DNA from: an uncultured Pseudomonadales bacterium
GTDB lineage: Bacteria > Patescibacteriota > Microgenomatia > UBA1400 > PJMF01
Reading direction: 5' to 3'
NCBI GenBank assembly: GCA_964570365.1
Contig: CAZMXT010000001.1
Coordinates: forward strand, 9,440-73,439
DNA: 64,000 nt
Part shown: piece by piece, positions 39,825 to 48,396 of the stretch
Layout: each line of letters starts with the position of its first letter
Position numbering within the stretch: the stretch's first letter is position 1
Made by a program: the position numbers and the translations under genes
Notes under the pieces: model-generated
Databases searched by the model: none
The model's input: only the letters and a program-made list of their open reading frames with translations
What the model was told of the DNA's origin: nothing

Positions 39825-40367
39825 TTACTTACTACTCGTTTCGGTCTGTTTCCACAATTTTGGTCTTAGAGCGGTGTGAGCGATCGCAATGGCGATCGCA
39901 TCTAGAGTATCGTCTAGCTGAGAACTGACTTTCTGCTTGAGTTCAGCACTCAGTCGCAGCTGAAGTAAGACCATTTGCTGAATCGCTCTCTTATCTGCTC
40001 GTCCATTTCCCGTCACCGCCACTTTAATTTGATTTGGGGTGTACTCAAAAAACTTGACTTTATTTTGGAAAAGGGCAGTCATAATCACGCCGCGGGCCTC
40101 GCTGACTGGCAAGGCGGTGCTGACATTCTTGGAGAAAAAAAGTGACTCTACAGCAGCCTCTGTTGGAAGAAACTTGGCAACGATGCCTCCCAGTTGTTCA
40201 TAAATTTGTTGGTAACGCGCAACTTTGGTCAGTTTTTTGTCAGTCAAGATACAGCCACAATCTACCAGCATCAGCTGATTTCCAGCTACTTGACCGACAG
40301 ACCAACCAATCCGGTCATAGCCAGGATCAATTCCTAATATAGTAACGTCACTAGGAGGACTTATCAC
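39825..40367 (-). CDS. ruvC: Crossover junction endodeoxyribonuclease RuvC
   Basis: ILGIDPG, VESLFFSKN, EARGV, EYTPNQIK.AVTGNG.A.K, DDTLDAIAIA. Confidence 0.97.
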   Translation of the reverse strand: MISPPSDVTILGIDPGYDRIGWSVGQVAGNQLMLVDCGCILTDKKLTKVARYQQIYEQLGGIVAKFLPTEAAVESLFFSKNVSTALPVSEARGVIMTALFQNKVKFFEYTPNQIKVAVTGNGRADKRAIQQMVLLQLRLSAELKQKVSSQLDDTLDAIAIAIAHTALRPKLWKQTETSSK

Positions 40368-41523
40368 GTTTAGCCACCTTTTCTAGCGTTTCCAATACGA
40401 CTTTGGCTGACTCAGCCCAACTAAAATTCTCTACTTGCTCCCGACCTAAGCGAAGAAACTGCGCTCTCTCTTTTGCTGGTAGACCAATAATCTCTTTGAG
40501 TTTCTTCACAATTGCGGTCACATTACCAGGATCAACTTGAAACCCAGCTTTCTCCACGACTTCAGGCAAGCTGGTAGTGGCCGAAACTAGGGGGACTGTG
40601 CCAAAAGCCATTGCTTCCAAAGCCGGAATGCCAAACCCTTCATAAAAACCAATCAGCACTGATGTGATTGAGTTACGATACAAGACTTCTTTCTCAGCTT
40701 CGGTGACGTAACCGGTCAAAATAATTCGCTTAGTGAAGCGAGAGTTCTTGATTTTTTCCAGTAACGGCTCCGCTAACCACCCTACTTTCCCAGCTATAAC
40801 CAACTGGAGTTGGGCTGGGTTCCTATCGGGATGACAATCAGACACTACTTTTTCAAAAGCCTCTACTAAATTGAGCAGATTTTTGCGCGGCTGCAGAGTT
40901 CCAACATACAAAATGTATTGATCAAAAATCTTAAACTTGGACAGAACTCTGCTCGACTGATCTTTGATTTCTGAGGGTTTCGCAGAAAGCAGGGCCGGGT
41001 AGGCCACCACAATGTCTTTTTTATCTCTCCCATATCTTTTGACAATGTCTGCCTTAGTAAACTGGCTAATTGCAACAAGCTTGGCAGCATGTTTCACACT
41101 GTATCTAGTCCATTCTCTGAGTTGCAGATAATCTTTGCGCTTAAACTGGTTTGGATACTCTAAAAAACTCAGGTCCATGACCGAGGAAACGTACGGAATG
41201 GTACTCACTCTGGGCCCATAATGACCTGGTGTGAAAAAGACATCATAGTCCTGTCGGTGGAGAAAAAGATGGATGGGTAGACCAATCTGTGTCCAGAGAG
41301 GACCTGGCTGAACGACTTGATAGCTCCAGCCCTGGCGCTTGGCCGGCAGATCTGCTTGAGGGGGCTGGGCAAGCAAGATTGTGCAGTTGATGTTTCCACG
41401 CTGCTCAGTGAGCTTCTCGAGCGCAATGAGCAGCTCATAGGCGTAGGCGTTGCTCCCCACGCGTTGGCTGATATTAGCTTCATTGCCATCGATGGCAATA
41501 CGGAGGGTTGGCGAAGATGACAT
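40351..41523 (-). CDS. GT4 glycosyltransferase (MtfB-like)
   Basis: IAIDG, YVGTLQPRKN, EGFGIPALEAMA. Start refined to ATG 41523. Confidence 0.92.
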   Translation of the reverse strand: MSSSPTLRIAIDGNEANISQRVGSNAYAYELLIALEKLTEQRGNINCTILLAQPPQADLPAKRQGWSYQVVQPGPLWTQIGLPIHLFLHRQDYDVFFTPGHYGPRVSTIPYVSSVMDLSFLEYPNQFKRKDYLQLREWTRYSVKHAAKLVAISQFTKADIVKRYGRDKKDIVVAYPALLSAKPSEIKDQSSRVLSKFKIFDQYILYVGTLQPRKNLLNLVEAFEKVVSDCHPDRNPAQLQLVIAGKVGWLAEPLLEKIKNSRFTKRIILTGYVTEAEKEVLYRNSITSVLIGFYEGFGIPALEAMAFGTVPLVSATTSLPEVVEKAGFQVDPGNVTAIVKKLKEIIGLPAKERAQFLRLGREQVENFSWAESAKVVLETLEKVAKRDKSS

Positions 41524-41654
41524 CTCTTTATTGTAGGACAAAAATGCAGAAGAAGCTGAGCGGAGTTTTATGAAAAGTGAAGCTGAATGAGTATTGACTA
41601 TGTACCAGCGAAGCAGATAATCGGGCGTTGTCCAAAGTATGAGAGAAGGAAAGA

Positions 41655-41864
41655 ATGACTGAAAAAGACCCGAAATCCCAACGCACTCATGAAATAAAAA
41701 AGATCATTCGAAGTCCATTCACTGGAAGCTTGCTTGAAGGTGTAAGCGTTGTTTGAATGCTAACTAACCCAGAACAGCTAGCACTTTTTGGACTTCTTTT
41801 TGCTATTGCAGGCGGAGCCAATCTGCTTGTAGCAGCAAGAAGAGAGGGGCAGAAAAATCCCTAA
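41655..41864 (+). pseudogene. Small membrane-protein gene interrupted by one in-frame TGA, or two coupled micro-ORFs
   Basis: Translates as MTEKDPKSQRTHEIKKIIRSPFTGSLLEGVSVV*MLTNPEQLALFGLLFAIAGGANLLVAARREGQKNP*, with TGA at 41754-41756. Preceded by AGAAGGA and TTGACT-16-GATAAT (41594-41621). Confidence 0.45.
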
Positions 41865-41913
41865 ACTTCCACGAGCTGAGTAATACGATCCCAACCCTAC
41901 AGCACGAGGTCAG

Positions 41914-43062
41914 CTACGCGTGTGACTCAATTGCTCGCTGATATACCTTCACCGTCTCTTCAGCAACTCGATCCCAGCTAAACTGGTGCAATCGAATAAT
42001 CATTTTTTGAAGTCGTTGTCGTTGCTGCTCTGGCGTTTCTCCTAGGACCTTCTCAATTCCTTTACGAATGCTTTCCACTGACTGCGGATCAATCAACTCG
42101 GCCGCATTCCCTGCCACCTCTGGCATCGAAGAAATGTCTGACGTCAAAACTGGCGTTCCATGATGAAAGGCTTCCAAAATTGGCAAACCAAAACCTTCGT
42201 AGATGCTTGGGTAGGCAAAAAGCTCTGCTTCGCCGTATAACACGGCTAGCTCAACGTCACTTACTTTACCTAAGAATCTCAAGTTCTTATGATTCACTGT
42301 TTTGGCCAGTCCATCACTCTCGTCCCAGCCACTTTCACCCGCAATAACTAGCTGAAAATCCTTTGCCAACGGTATCCAAGCCTCAATCAATCTCTTTAAG
42401 TTTTTACGTGGCTCTCTAGTTCCCACAAACAAAATGTAGGGCTGATCTAAGTGCAGCTTCTGCCTAAGCTGCTCATACTCTTCTTCAGTGACGTTCTTAC
42501 TGCTCTGAATTGTCTCGATGGGTAAGCTTTCATAAATAACGTGCACTCGATGGCTGGGAATCTCCAGGAGCTTGACGATATCTTGCTTGGTCGCCTGACT
42601 GACCGCTATGATCTGGGCTTCTCGCTCCTTCAGCACCTTCCACGCTTGTTGGTGCATCTTCAGAATTTTGGGATGTGCAGTCTCAGGGAACTTTAAGATT
42701 GCCAGGTCATGAATCGTGGAGACGAGTGGTAGCTCCCGATCTGGTGGCTGGAGCCAGTCCCAGGAGTGAAAAACGTCTAGTTTAGGAAACAAACGCTTCA
42801 CTGGATTGAGATGCAACTTGTTCCACAGGATTTCTTGCAATCGAGGTGGGTAGGGCTGAATCACCGAACTTACATTGGCCCGAGTACGCTGGGCAGAAAT
42901 TCGCTTGACAAAGTTCTCTAGCTCCGCCTGCTGTCGCAGGCTTGATCCATACAGAGCCAGTGATAACTCAGCACGCTGAGTTAAGGCAGTCACCAGGTTG
43001 GCCGTGTACCGCGAAACTCCTCGCCCATAAATAATAGAAGTGATATCAATTCCGAGTTGCAT
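41914..43062 (-). CDS. GT4 glycosyltransferase (MtfB-like)
   Basis: LGIDIT, GVSRY, TIHDL, FVGTREPRKN, PSIYEGFGLPILEA. Start refined to ATG 43062. Confidence 0.92.
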   Translation of the reverse strand: MQLGIDITSIIYGRGVSRYTANLVTALTQRAELSLALYGSSLRQQAELENFVKRISAQRTRANVSSVIQPYPPRLQEILWNKLHLNPVKRLFPKLDVFHSWDWLQPPDRELPLVSTIHDLAILKFPETAHPKILKMHQQAWKVLKEREAQIIAVSQATKQDIVKLLEIPSHRVHVIYESLPIETIQSSKNVTEEEYEQLRQKLHLDQPYILFVGTREPRKNLKRLIEAWIPLAKDFQLVIAGESGWDESDGLAKTVNHKNLRFLGKVSDVELAVLYGEAELFAYPSIYEGFGLPILEAFHHGTPVLTSDISSMPEVAGNAAELIDPQSVESIRKGIEKVLGETPEQQRQRLQKMIIRLHQFSWDRVAEETVKVYQRAIESHA

Positions 43063-44593
43063 AAATGTCTGGCCGAGCATACACACGTACCACTCCAATT
43101 GGCGTGGACGGCGTAATTCTGTCCACCTCACGATACCCGTATCGCTCAATTTCGGAAAGTAAGAGATTCTGGGAGTCAGTTAAATCCCGCAGATACTCAA
43201 ACGCTAGGACGTATTGATAATTGGAGATCTCTTTGAGATTCGTGAGCTGTTCAGCTGAGTTAATACTTATTACTCCACTGGCCAGAGACGGAAAATTATC
43301 CGTGTTGTACCAAACCCAACTGGCAAATGGCGCGGTAAACGCAAATACCGCTACTGATTCTTCGGCATTGTATTGTTGGGTGATTTCAGCATGTAGACTC
43401 CGCCAATCTTCGCGGTGGTACTTTGGCTGTATGTAGTAGGAGAAAGTGGAAAAAATATTAATAAATAGGATCAATACCACAAAGCTGCCGGCAATGTACC
43501 GAGAGAGCTGGTGCTTCTTGCCCAACTCAAATCCAGAAAGGATGAGCGCGCTTAAGATTAAGTAAAAGGCTGGCAAACTAAACAAAACTCTTTTGGGTTG
43601 GAGCACTGGTACAAAAAAAGAAGCTAGCCAGGCAGTTAAGATTGGTACTACCAACCAACAGAATCCCATTCCGTACTGACTCCAGAGTTCGCTTGATCTG
43701 GTTTTTTTGACACTAAAGTAAATGAGAGTTCCTAGTAGGGCTATGAAAAGACCAGATAGAAGAAAATATCCAACACTGGGTTCCAAATCCAGCACTCCAA
43801 AAATAAACTTTCCGGCGGTGAGCGGCAAAGATCTGAGTTGGGAAAAACTCACTACATTTTCCCAGCCACTCAGCTGCACCCTCAGCAACTGCCCGGCTCG
43901 AAGTTGAGCCAAAAATAGTGGTATCCAGGGCAAGAAAAAAATGCAACTTGCCAGGCTTGAAAGAAGAATTGGTCGCCGGAATTGCTGACGAAATGCTACC
44001 GCATAGACCAACTGACCTGCCAGTACAAATGGATAAAGGTAGGAAGAGTACAGACCCATCGTCGTATCAAAAATAAAGACTAACCACCAAAACTGTGGTC
44101 TAGAGAAAATTGAGTTCCCCCTGCTCTTGCTACTCAGTCTTTCCAGATAGACCAAATTAAACCAGCTCAAGGTTGCCCACATCAACGGTAATGCATAGGG
44201 TCGCAGTTCTTGGGAGTAGAAAATATGAAAAGATGAAGTTGCTAAGAAAAGACCAGTCAGCAACCCTGCTTTCCGACTAATTTTCCAGGAAGCAATGTAG
44301 TAGGTCGCCGCAATACTAATTAACGCTGGAATGAGCGCAGCCCCAGTGCGCAGCCAAGCTTCACTTCGGGAGACACGTAGCAAAAGGTGGACTAAGAGAT
44401 GAATCTGCGGGGGCTGAAAGTCAGGCACAATTTGCAACTGCTCTGCCCACGGTCGAGAGCTTTCCAAAGCTTGGGCTGCTTCATCCAACCACAACGAGCC
44501 ACTGAGTAAAGGCAACCGTAGAACCACTGCCAACAGCAGAATCAAGAGAATTGGCCAAAAGCGCAGAATCAGTGCTTTCATGAAGATACTCAT
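43046..44593 (-). CDS. GT-C fold membrane glycosyltransferase (PMT_2/GT39-like)
   Basis: SLWLDEA, DFQPP, YSQELRPY, FLPWIP, REDWR; multi-pass membrane protein. Confidence 0.82.
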   Translation of the reverse strand: MSIFMKALILRFWPILLILLLAVVLRLPLLSGSLWLDEAAQALESSRPWAEQLQIVPDFQPPQIHLLVHLLLRVSRSEAWLRTGAALIPALISIAATYYIASWKISRKAGLLTGLFLATSSFHIFYSQELRPYALPLMWATLSWFNLVYLERLSSKSRGNSIFSRPQFWWLVFIFDTTMGLYSSYLYPFVLAGQLVYAVAFRQQFRRPILLSSLASCIFFLPWIPLFLAQLRAGQLLRVQLSGWENVVSFSQLRSLPLTAGKFIFGVLDLEPSVGYFLLSGLFIALLGTLIYFSVKKTRSSELWSQYGMGFCWLVVPILTAWLASFFVPVLQPKRVLFSLPAFYLILSALILSGFELGKKHQLSRYIAGSFVVLILFINIFSTFSYYIQPKYHREDWRSLHAEITQQYNAEESVAVFAFTAPFASWVWYNTDNFPSLASGVISINSAEQLTNLKEISNYQYVLAFEYLRDLTDSQNLLLSEIERYGYREVDRITPSTPIGVVRVYARPDIYATRN

Positions 44594-44622
44594 TATCGCG
44601 TGTTTTGGGTAAAGTTGCTAGA

Positions 44623-45279
44623 ATGAGGTCAGTGCCTACTTCACCCCCTCGTCTCATTATTTTCGACTTTGACGGTACGCTAGTGGATAGCCTGCAAGCT
44701 GGCTTTCAACTTTTACAAAAACTGCAAGAGCAATACAAGTTTCGCAAAATCAACACTTTTAAGGATTACCAGGACTTGAATAAGTTATCTCTACCTCGCA
44801 TTTTTCTAAAACTCAGGATTTCTCCCTTTACCCTTTTTCGGCTGTTAGTCACTGACTATAAAATGGGGATTGAGATGCTGCGAGACTGCCATCCATACCA
44901 TGGAGTAGAAGAAAGCGTTACTCAACTGGCTAAAAATCATACTCTAGCAATTGTGACTTCTAACATTGGTAAGGCTGTTGAGTCATATCTAGAAGAGAGA
45001 AACTTACGCCATCACTTTGGTCTAGTTCTTGGTGCAGAACACAATCGCGAAAAGGTTCCTAAGATTCATAAATGTCTAGAACATTTCGAAGTGGAAGCAC
45101 ATGAAGCAGTTTTCATTGGCGACTCAGTTCGAGATATTCGAGACTCCAAAAAAGTTCCAATTCGCTCAATCGCCGTCACTTACGGAATTCATTCTGAGTA
45201 TGAATTAAAGAAGGAGAAGCCCAACCTCATCGTAGAAACAGCTCTAAAAATTCCAGCTGCGATTCTCCAATTGGCCTAG
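44623..45279 (+). CDS. HAD-superfamily phosphatase (phosphoglycolate phosphatase-like)
   Basis: IFDFDGTLVDS, IVTSN, FIGDSVRDI, VTYG. Start uncertain (ATG 44623 or GTG 44632). Confidence 0.88.
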   Translation: MRSVPTSPPRLIIFDFDGTLVDSLQAGFQLLQKLQEQYKFRKINTFKDYQDLNKLSLPRIFLKLRISPFTLFRLLVTDYKMGIEMLRDCHPYHGVEESVTQLAKNHTLAIVTSNIGKAVESYLEERNLRHHFGLVLGAEHNREKVPKIHKCLEHFEVEAHEAVFIGDSVRDIRDSKKVPIRSIAVTYGIHSEYELKKEKPNLIVETALKIPAAILQLA

Positions 45280-45291
45280 TATACTGTTCAG

Positions 45292-46326
45292 ATGACTAAT
45301 CGCCCTTTCTATCAAAATAAAACAGTCATGGTGACCGGTGGGGCAGGCTTTATCGGTTCCCATCTCTGTGAAGAACTACTCGATTCAGGGGCAAAGGTCA
45401 TCGCGGTTGATAATTTTCTCACTGGCTCTCAGGAAAATATTCAGCATCTTCAAAAACAATTTCCTGATCGCTTTTCGCTCATCGTTGCTGACGTCAGCAT
45501 GCCCGTCTCAGAGTACTTACCTGCGGAAGTACAGCTTGATGCTGTTTTCCACTTTGCTTCACCTGCTAGCCCACCCTACTATCAAGCTCATCCAGTTGAA
45601 ACATATTTGGTGAACAGTTTGGGAACTCATCAGCTACTACAACATCTGTTAGCCTATTCACCGCGGACGCGCTTCCTCTTTGCCAGCACCTCAGAAGTCT
45701 ACGGTGACCCTCAAGAACATCCTCAAAAAGAAAGTTATTGGGGAAACGTCAACCCAAATGGTCCCCGCTCATGCTATGACGAAGCCAAACGACTCGGTGA
45801 AGCAATCTGTGGCGTACACGCCCGAGATTTTAAGATGGATGTGCGCATAGTACGAATCTTCAATACCTACGGACCACGGATGGACCTGGATGATGGGAGG
45901 GTTATCCCTGACTTTATTAAGCAAAGTTTGCATCGCCAACCCTTCACTATTCACGGCGATGGATCTCAAACTCGTTCGTATTGTTATGTGAGCGACCTAG
46001 TCAATGGCGTACTCACTTTTGCAGAGAAAGATGAGTTGAGCGGAGAAACCTTTAATTTAGGCAATCCAGATGAGTACACGATTATGGAGACAGCGCAGAG
46101 TGTGGTAAAAGCTACTACCAGTATTCTGAACAGGGAAGAAAATAAAGTTGATGCCTCTCCGCAAATGCAGTTCAAAGAACTTCCGCAGGACGACCCACTG
46201 CGCAGGAAACCAGACATCTCTAAAGCTATGCAGCTACTTAATTGGCAGCCTCAGGTATCTTTTGAAGAAGGCTTGAAAAAAACAATAGTATTTTTCCATA
46301 ATCAACAGAAATCTTCTTTAACATAG
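45292..46326 (+). CDS. UDP-glucuronate decarboxylase (UDP-xylose synthase) family SDR
   Basis: TGGAGFIGSHL, HFASPASP, ASTSEVYGDP, YWGNVNPNGPRSCYDEAKR, RIFNTYGPRM, DDP.RRKPDI. Confidence 0.92.
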   Translation: MTNRPFYQNKTVMVTGGAGFIGSHLCEELLDSGAKVIAVDNFLTGSQENIQHLQKQFPDRFSLIVADVSMPVSEYLPAEVQLDAVFHFASPASPPYYQAHPVETYLVNSLGTHQLLQHLLAYSPRTRFLFASTSEVYGDPQEHPQKESYWGNVNPNGPRSCYDEAKRLGEAICGVHARDFKMDVRIVRIFNTYGPRMDLDDGRVIPDFIKQSLHRQPFTIHGDGSQTRSYCYVSDLVNGVLTFAEKDELSGETFNLGNPDEYTIMETAQSVVKATTSILNREENKVDASPQMQFKELPQDDPLRRKPDISKAMQLLNWQPQVSFEEGLKKTIVFFHNQQKSSLT

Positions 46327-46337
46327 GCTTTGCTTCT

Positions 46338-47615
46338 ATGCTAAAAAAAGTTTGGCAGAACGCTTTTTTCCAAGGGAGTATTTTAATTACCATTACCACC
46401 TTTTTGGTTAGCTTCCTCAATTATGTCTTTAACTTATTAATTGCCCGAGGCGTCACTTTAGAGACATACGGTGAATACTTTTCCTCTTTATCCTACGCAA
46501 CTTTACTCACAATTCCTTTTGGTGCATTTGGCACGATCTTAATTAAAAAAATTGGCGCTCTAGACCCAGAGAAACGTCATGAGTATGCTCACAGCATAGA
46601 GTACTGGCTCTATGAAAAAATGCTGAAGTTATCCCCGGTCATTTTACTAGCAGGTGCCGCGATCTATTTCTTACTTGGAGAATCGGCAAATCTACAGAGT
46701 GCTAGCATACTTTTTATACTTGCTCTCACTTTATTTTCTCTAATGCAAACCTTTTATTCTGCTACGTTCCACGGCTTTCAAGCTTTTTTTCTTTTTGGGG
46801 TGTTAATGGTTTCTGGCTCACTGCTCAAAGTTCTTGGCGGAATAGCGATTACACTTCTTCGCTCTGAACTGATATTTCTTTACCTCGTCATCTCTCTCAC
46901 TGCTCTGTTCCAGTTAATTGTGGGGCACTTCTTGATTAAGCATAAGTCAACCAAGTCCCGTCAACAGCTTCGTTTTCCCAAGCTCCACACCTATTTCCTT
47001 CGTAAAGAAGTACTAATTCCTTTAATTACTACCTTGGGTTTTGTCGGAATAGCCAACATGGATATCATCTTGGTTAAGAAATTTTTGAGTGGAAGCGATG
47101 CTGGTCTCTACAGTGCCCTCACGCTCTTATCCAAAATTATTTTTTTCTTGGCCGCTCCGATTGCTTCTGTAGGTTACATCTTTTTTACTGGCAAAGAACA
47201 TAAGCACAAGGCGGACCTGCTTCTGTTAACGATCTCAGGCTTGATTAGTCTCTTTGGCTTGGCAGCGATAGTTTTTTATCATCTTTTTTCTGAATTTGTG
47301 ATTCACTTTTTCTTTGACCAGCGGTACGACTCGTTGCAAGGGATCCTATGGCTAGGTGGAGTCTATGGCTTACTCTACTCTTTGATTCTACTGTATTCAC
47401 AATACTTTATGGCCAAAAACTCGATCATCAGCACTTTTACCTTTGCAACATTGCTTTTACAAATGGTTCTCTTGACTTTCTCCCATCAATCGCTTACACA
47501 AGTAATGACAATAAATGTGGGAGTGATGACGGTCCTGTTAGCAGCGTACTTCCTTTCTTTTTGTTATTATTTTTATCAGAACCGGACAACCCATGAGTCC
47601 TCAACCTCTCAATAA
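46338..47615 (+). CDS. Wzx-type oligosaccharide flippase (MOP/PST family)
   Basis: About 12 TMs; NYVFNLLIAR..YG; NMDIILVKKFL..AGLYSA. Confidence 0.85.
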   Translation: MLKKVWQNAFFQGSILITITTFLVSFLNYVFNLLIARGVTLETYGEYFSSLSYATLLTIPFGAFGTILIKKIGALDPEKRHEYAHSIEYWLYEKMLKLSPVILLAGAAIYFLLGESANLQSASILFILALTLFSLMQTFYSATFHGFQAFFLFGVLMVSGSLLKVLGGIAITLLRSELIFLYLVISLTALFQLIVGHFLIKHKSTKSRQQLRFPKLHTYFLRKEVLIPLITTLGFVGIANMDIILVKKFLSGSDAGLYSALTLLSKIIFFLAAPIASVGYIFFTGKEHKHKADLLLLTISGLISLFGLAAIVFYHLFSEFVIHFFFDQRYDSLQGILWLGGVYGLLYSLILLYSQYFMAKNSIISTFTFATLLLQMVLLTFSHQSLTQVMTINVGVMTVLLAAYFLSFCYYFYQNRTTHESSTSQ

Positions 47616-48396
47616 AGAACACTTTCTGAGCCTTATTGTTCCCGCATACAAGCAAGAGAAAATCATTCTGGAAAATCTCAAGCAGCTAAAAGGGGCTTTA
47701 GACCAGATCCGCTATGACTATGAAATTATTGTCGTTGTAGATGGCATGATTGATAAGACGTTTAACAAGATAAAAAAAGCCAAAATTCCTAAAGTCACCT
47801 GCATTGCTTATAAACAAAACTACGGGAAGTCATTTGCTATCCGGCTAGGTATGAGTCATGCTAAAGGCGACTACGTGATGTTCATTGATTCGGGAATGGA
47901 AATTGACCCAAATGGTATCTCGATGCTTGTAGAGCATATGGAATGGTATAACGCTGATATTATTGTTGGTTCGAAGCGACATCCAGCATCTATCATTAAC
48001 TACTCGTTTACCCGTAAATTGCTCAGTTATGGTTACTACTACTTTGTCCGTCTAATTTTTGGTTTAAATATTCGTGATACTCAGGCTGGAATTAAGATCT
48101 TTAAGAAAAAAGTACTTGAAAAAGTGTTACCCCGTTTGGTAGAAAAAAAGTTTGCTGGAGATCTGGAAATGTTAGTGGTCTCTCAAAGTCTGGGATTCAA
48201 ACGGATCTTTGAAGCTCCCATTAAGCTTGATTACCAATTAAGTGACATCACCTCGGCCGCTACCTGGCGGTCCATTATCGGCATTGTCATAGACACTTTA
48301 GCTATTTTTTATCGTAACAACATACTTAACTACTATCACCGCAGTAACCTACCCTTACCTCCACATCAAATCTTTCAAATTGTAAAACACAGATGA
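47593..48396 (+). CDS. GT2 glycosyltransferase (DPM1-like polyprenol-phosphate sugar synthase)
   Basis: SLIVPAY, VDG..D.T, NYGKSFA, IVGSKRHP, DTQAGIKIF, FAGDLEML. Confidence 0.85.
   Translation: MSPQPLNKEHFLSLIVPAYKQEKIILENLKQLKGALDQIRYDYEIIVVVDGMIDKTFNKIKKAKIPKVTCIAYKQNYGKSFAIRLGMSHAKGDYVMFIDSGMEIDPNGISMLVEHMEWYNADIIVGSKRHPASIINYSFTRKLLSYGYYYFVRLIFGLNIRDTQAGIKIFKKKVLEKVLPRLVEKKFAGDLEMLVVSQSLGFKRIFEAPIKLDYQLSDITSAATWRSIIGIVIDTLAIFYRNNILNYYHRSNLPLPPHQIFQIVKHR

Noticed and set aside
41754-41756. TGA recoded as Gly (genetic code 25)
   Set aside because: Conserved genes such as ftsW, rsmH, ruvB and the DUF4012 gene end properly at TGA, and long ORFs are intact under code 11.
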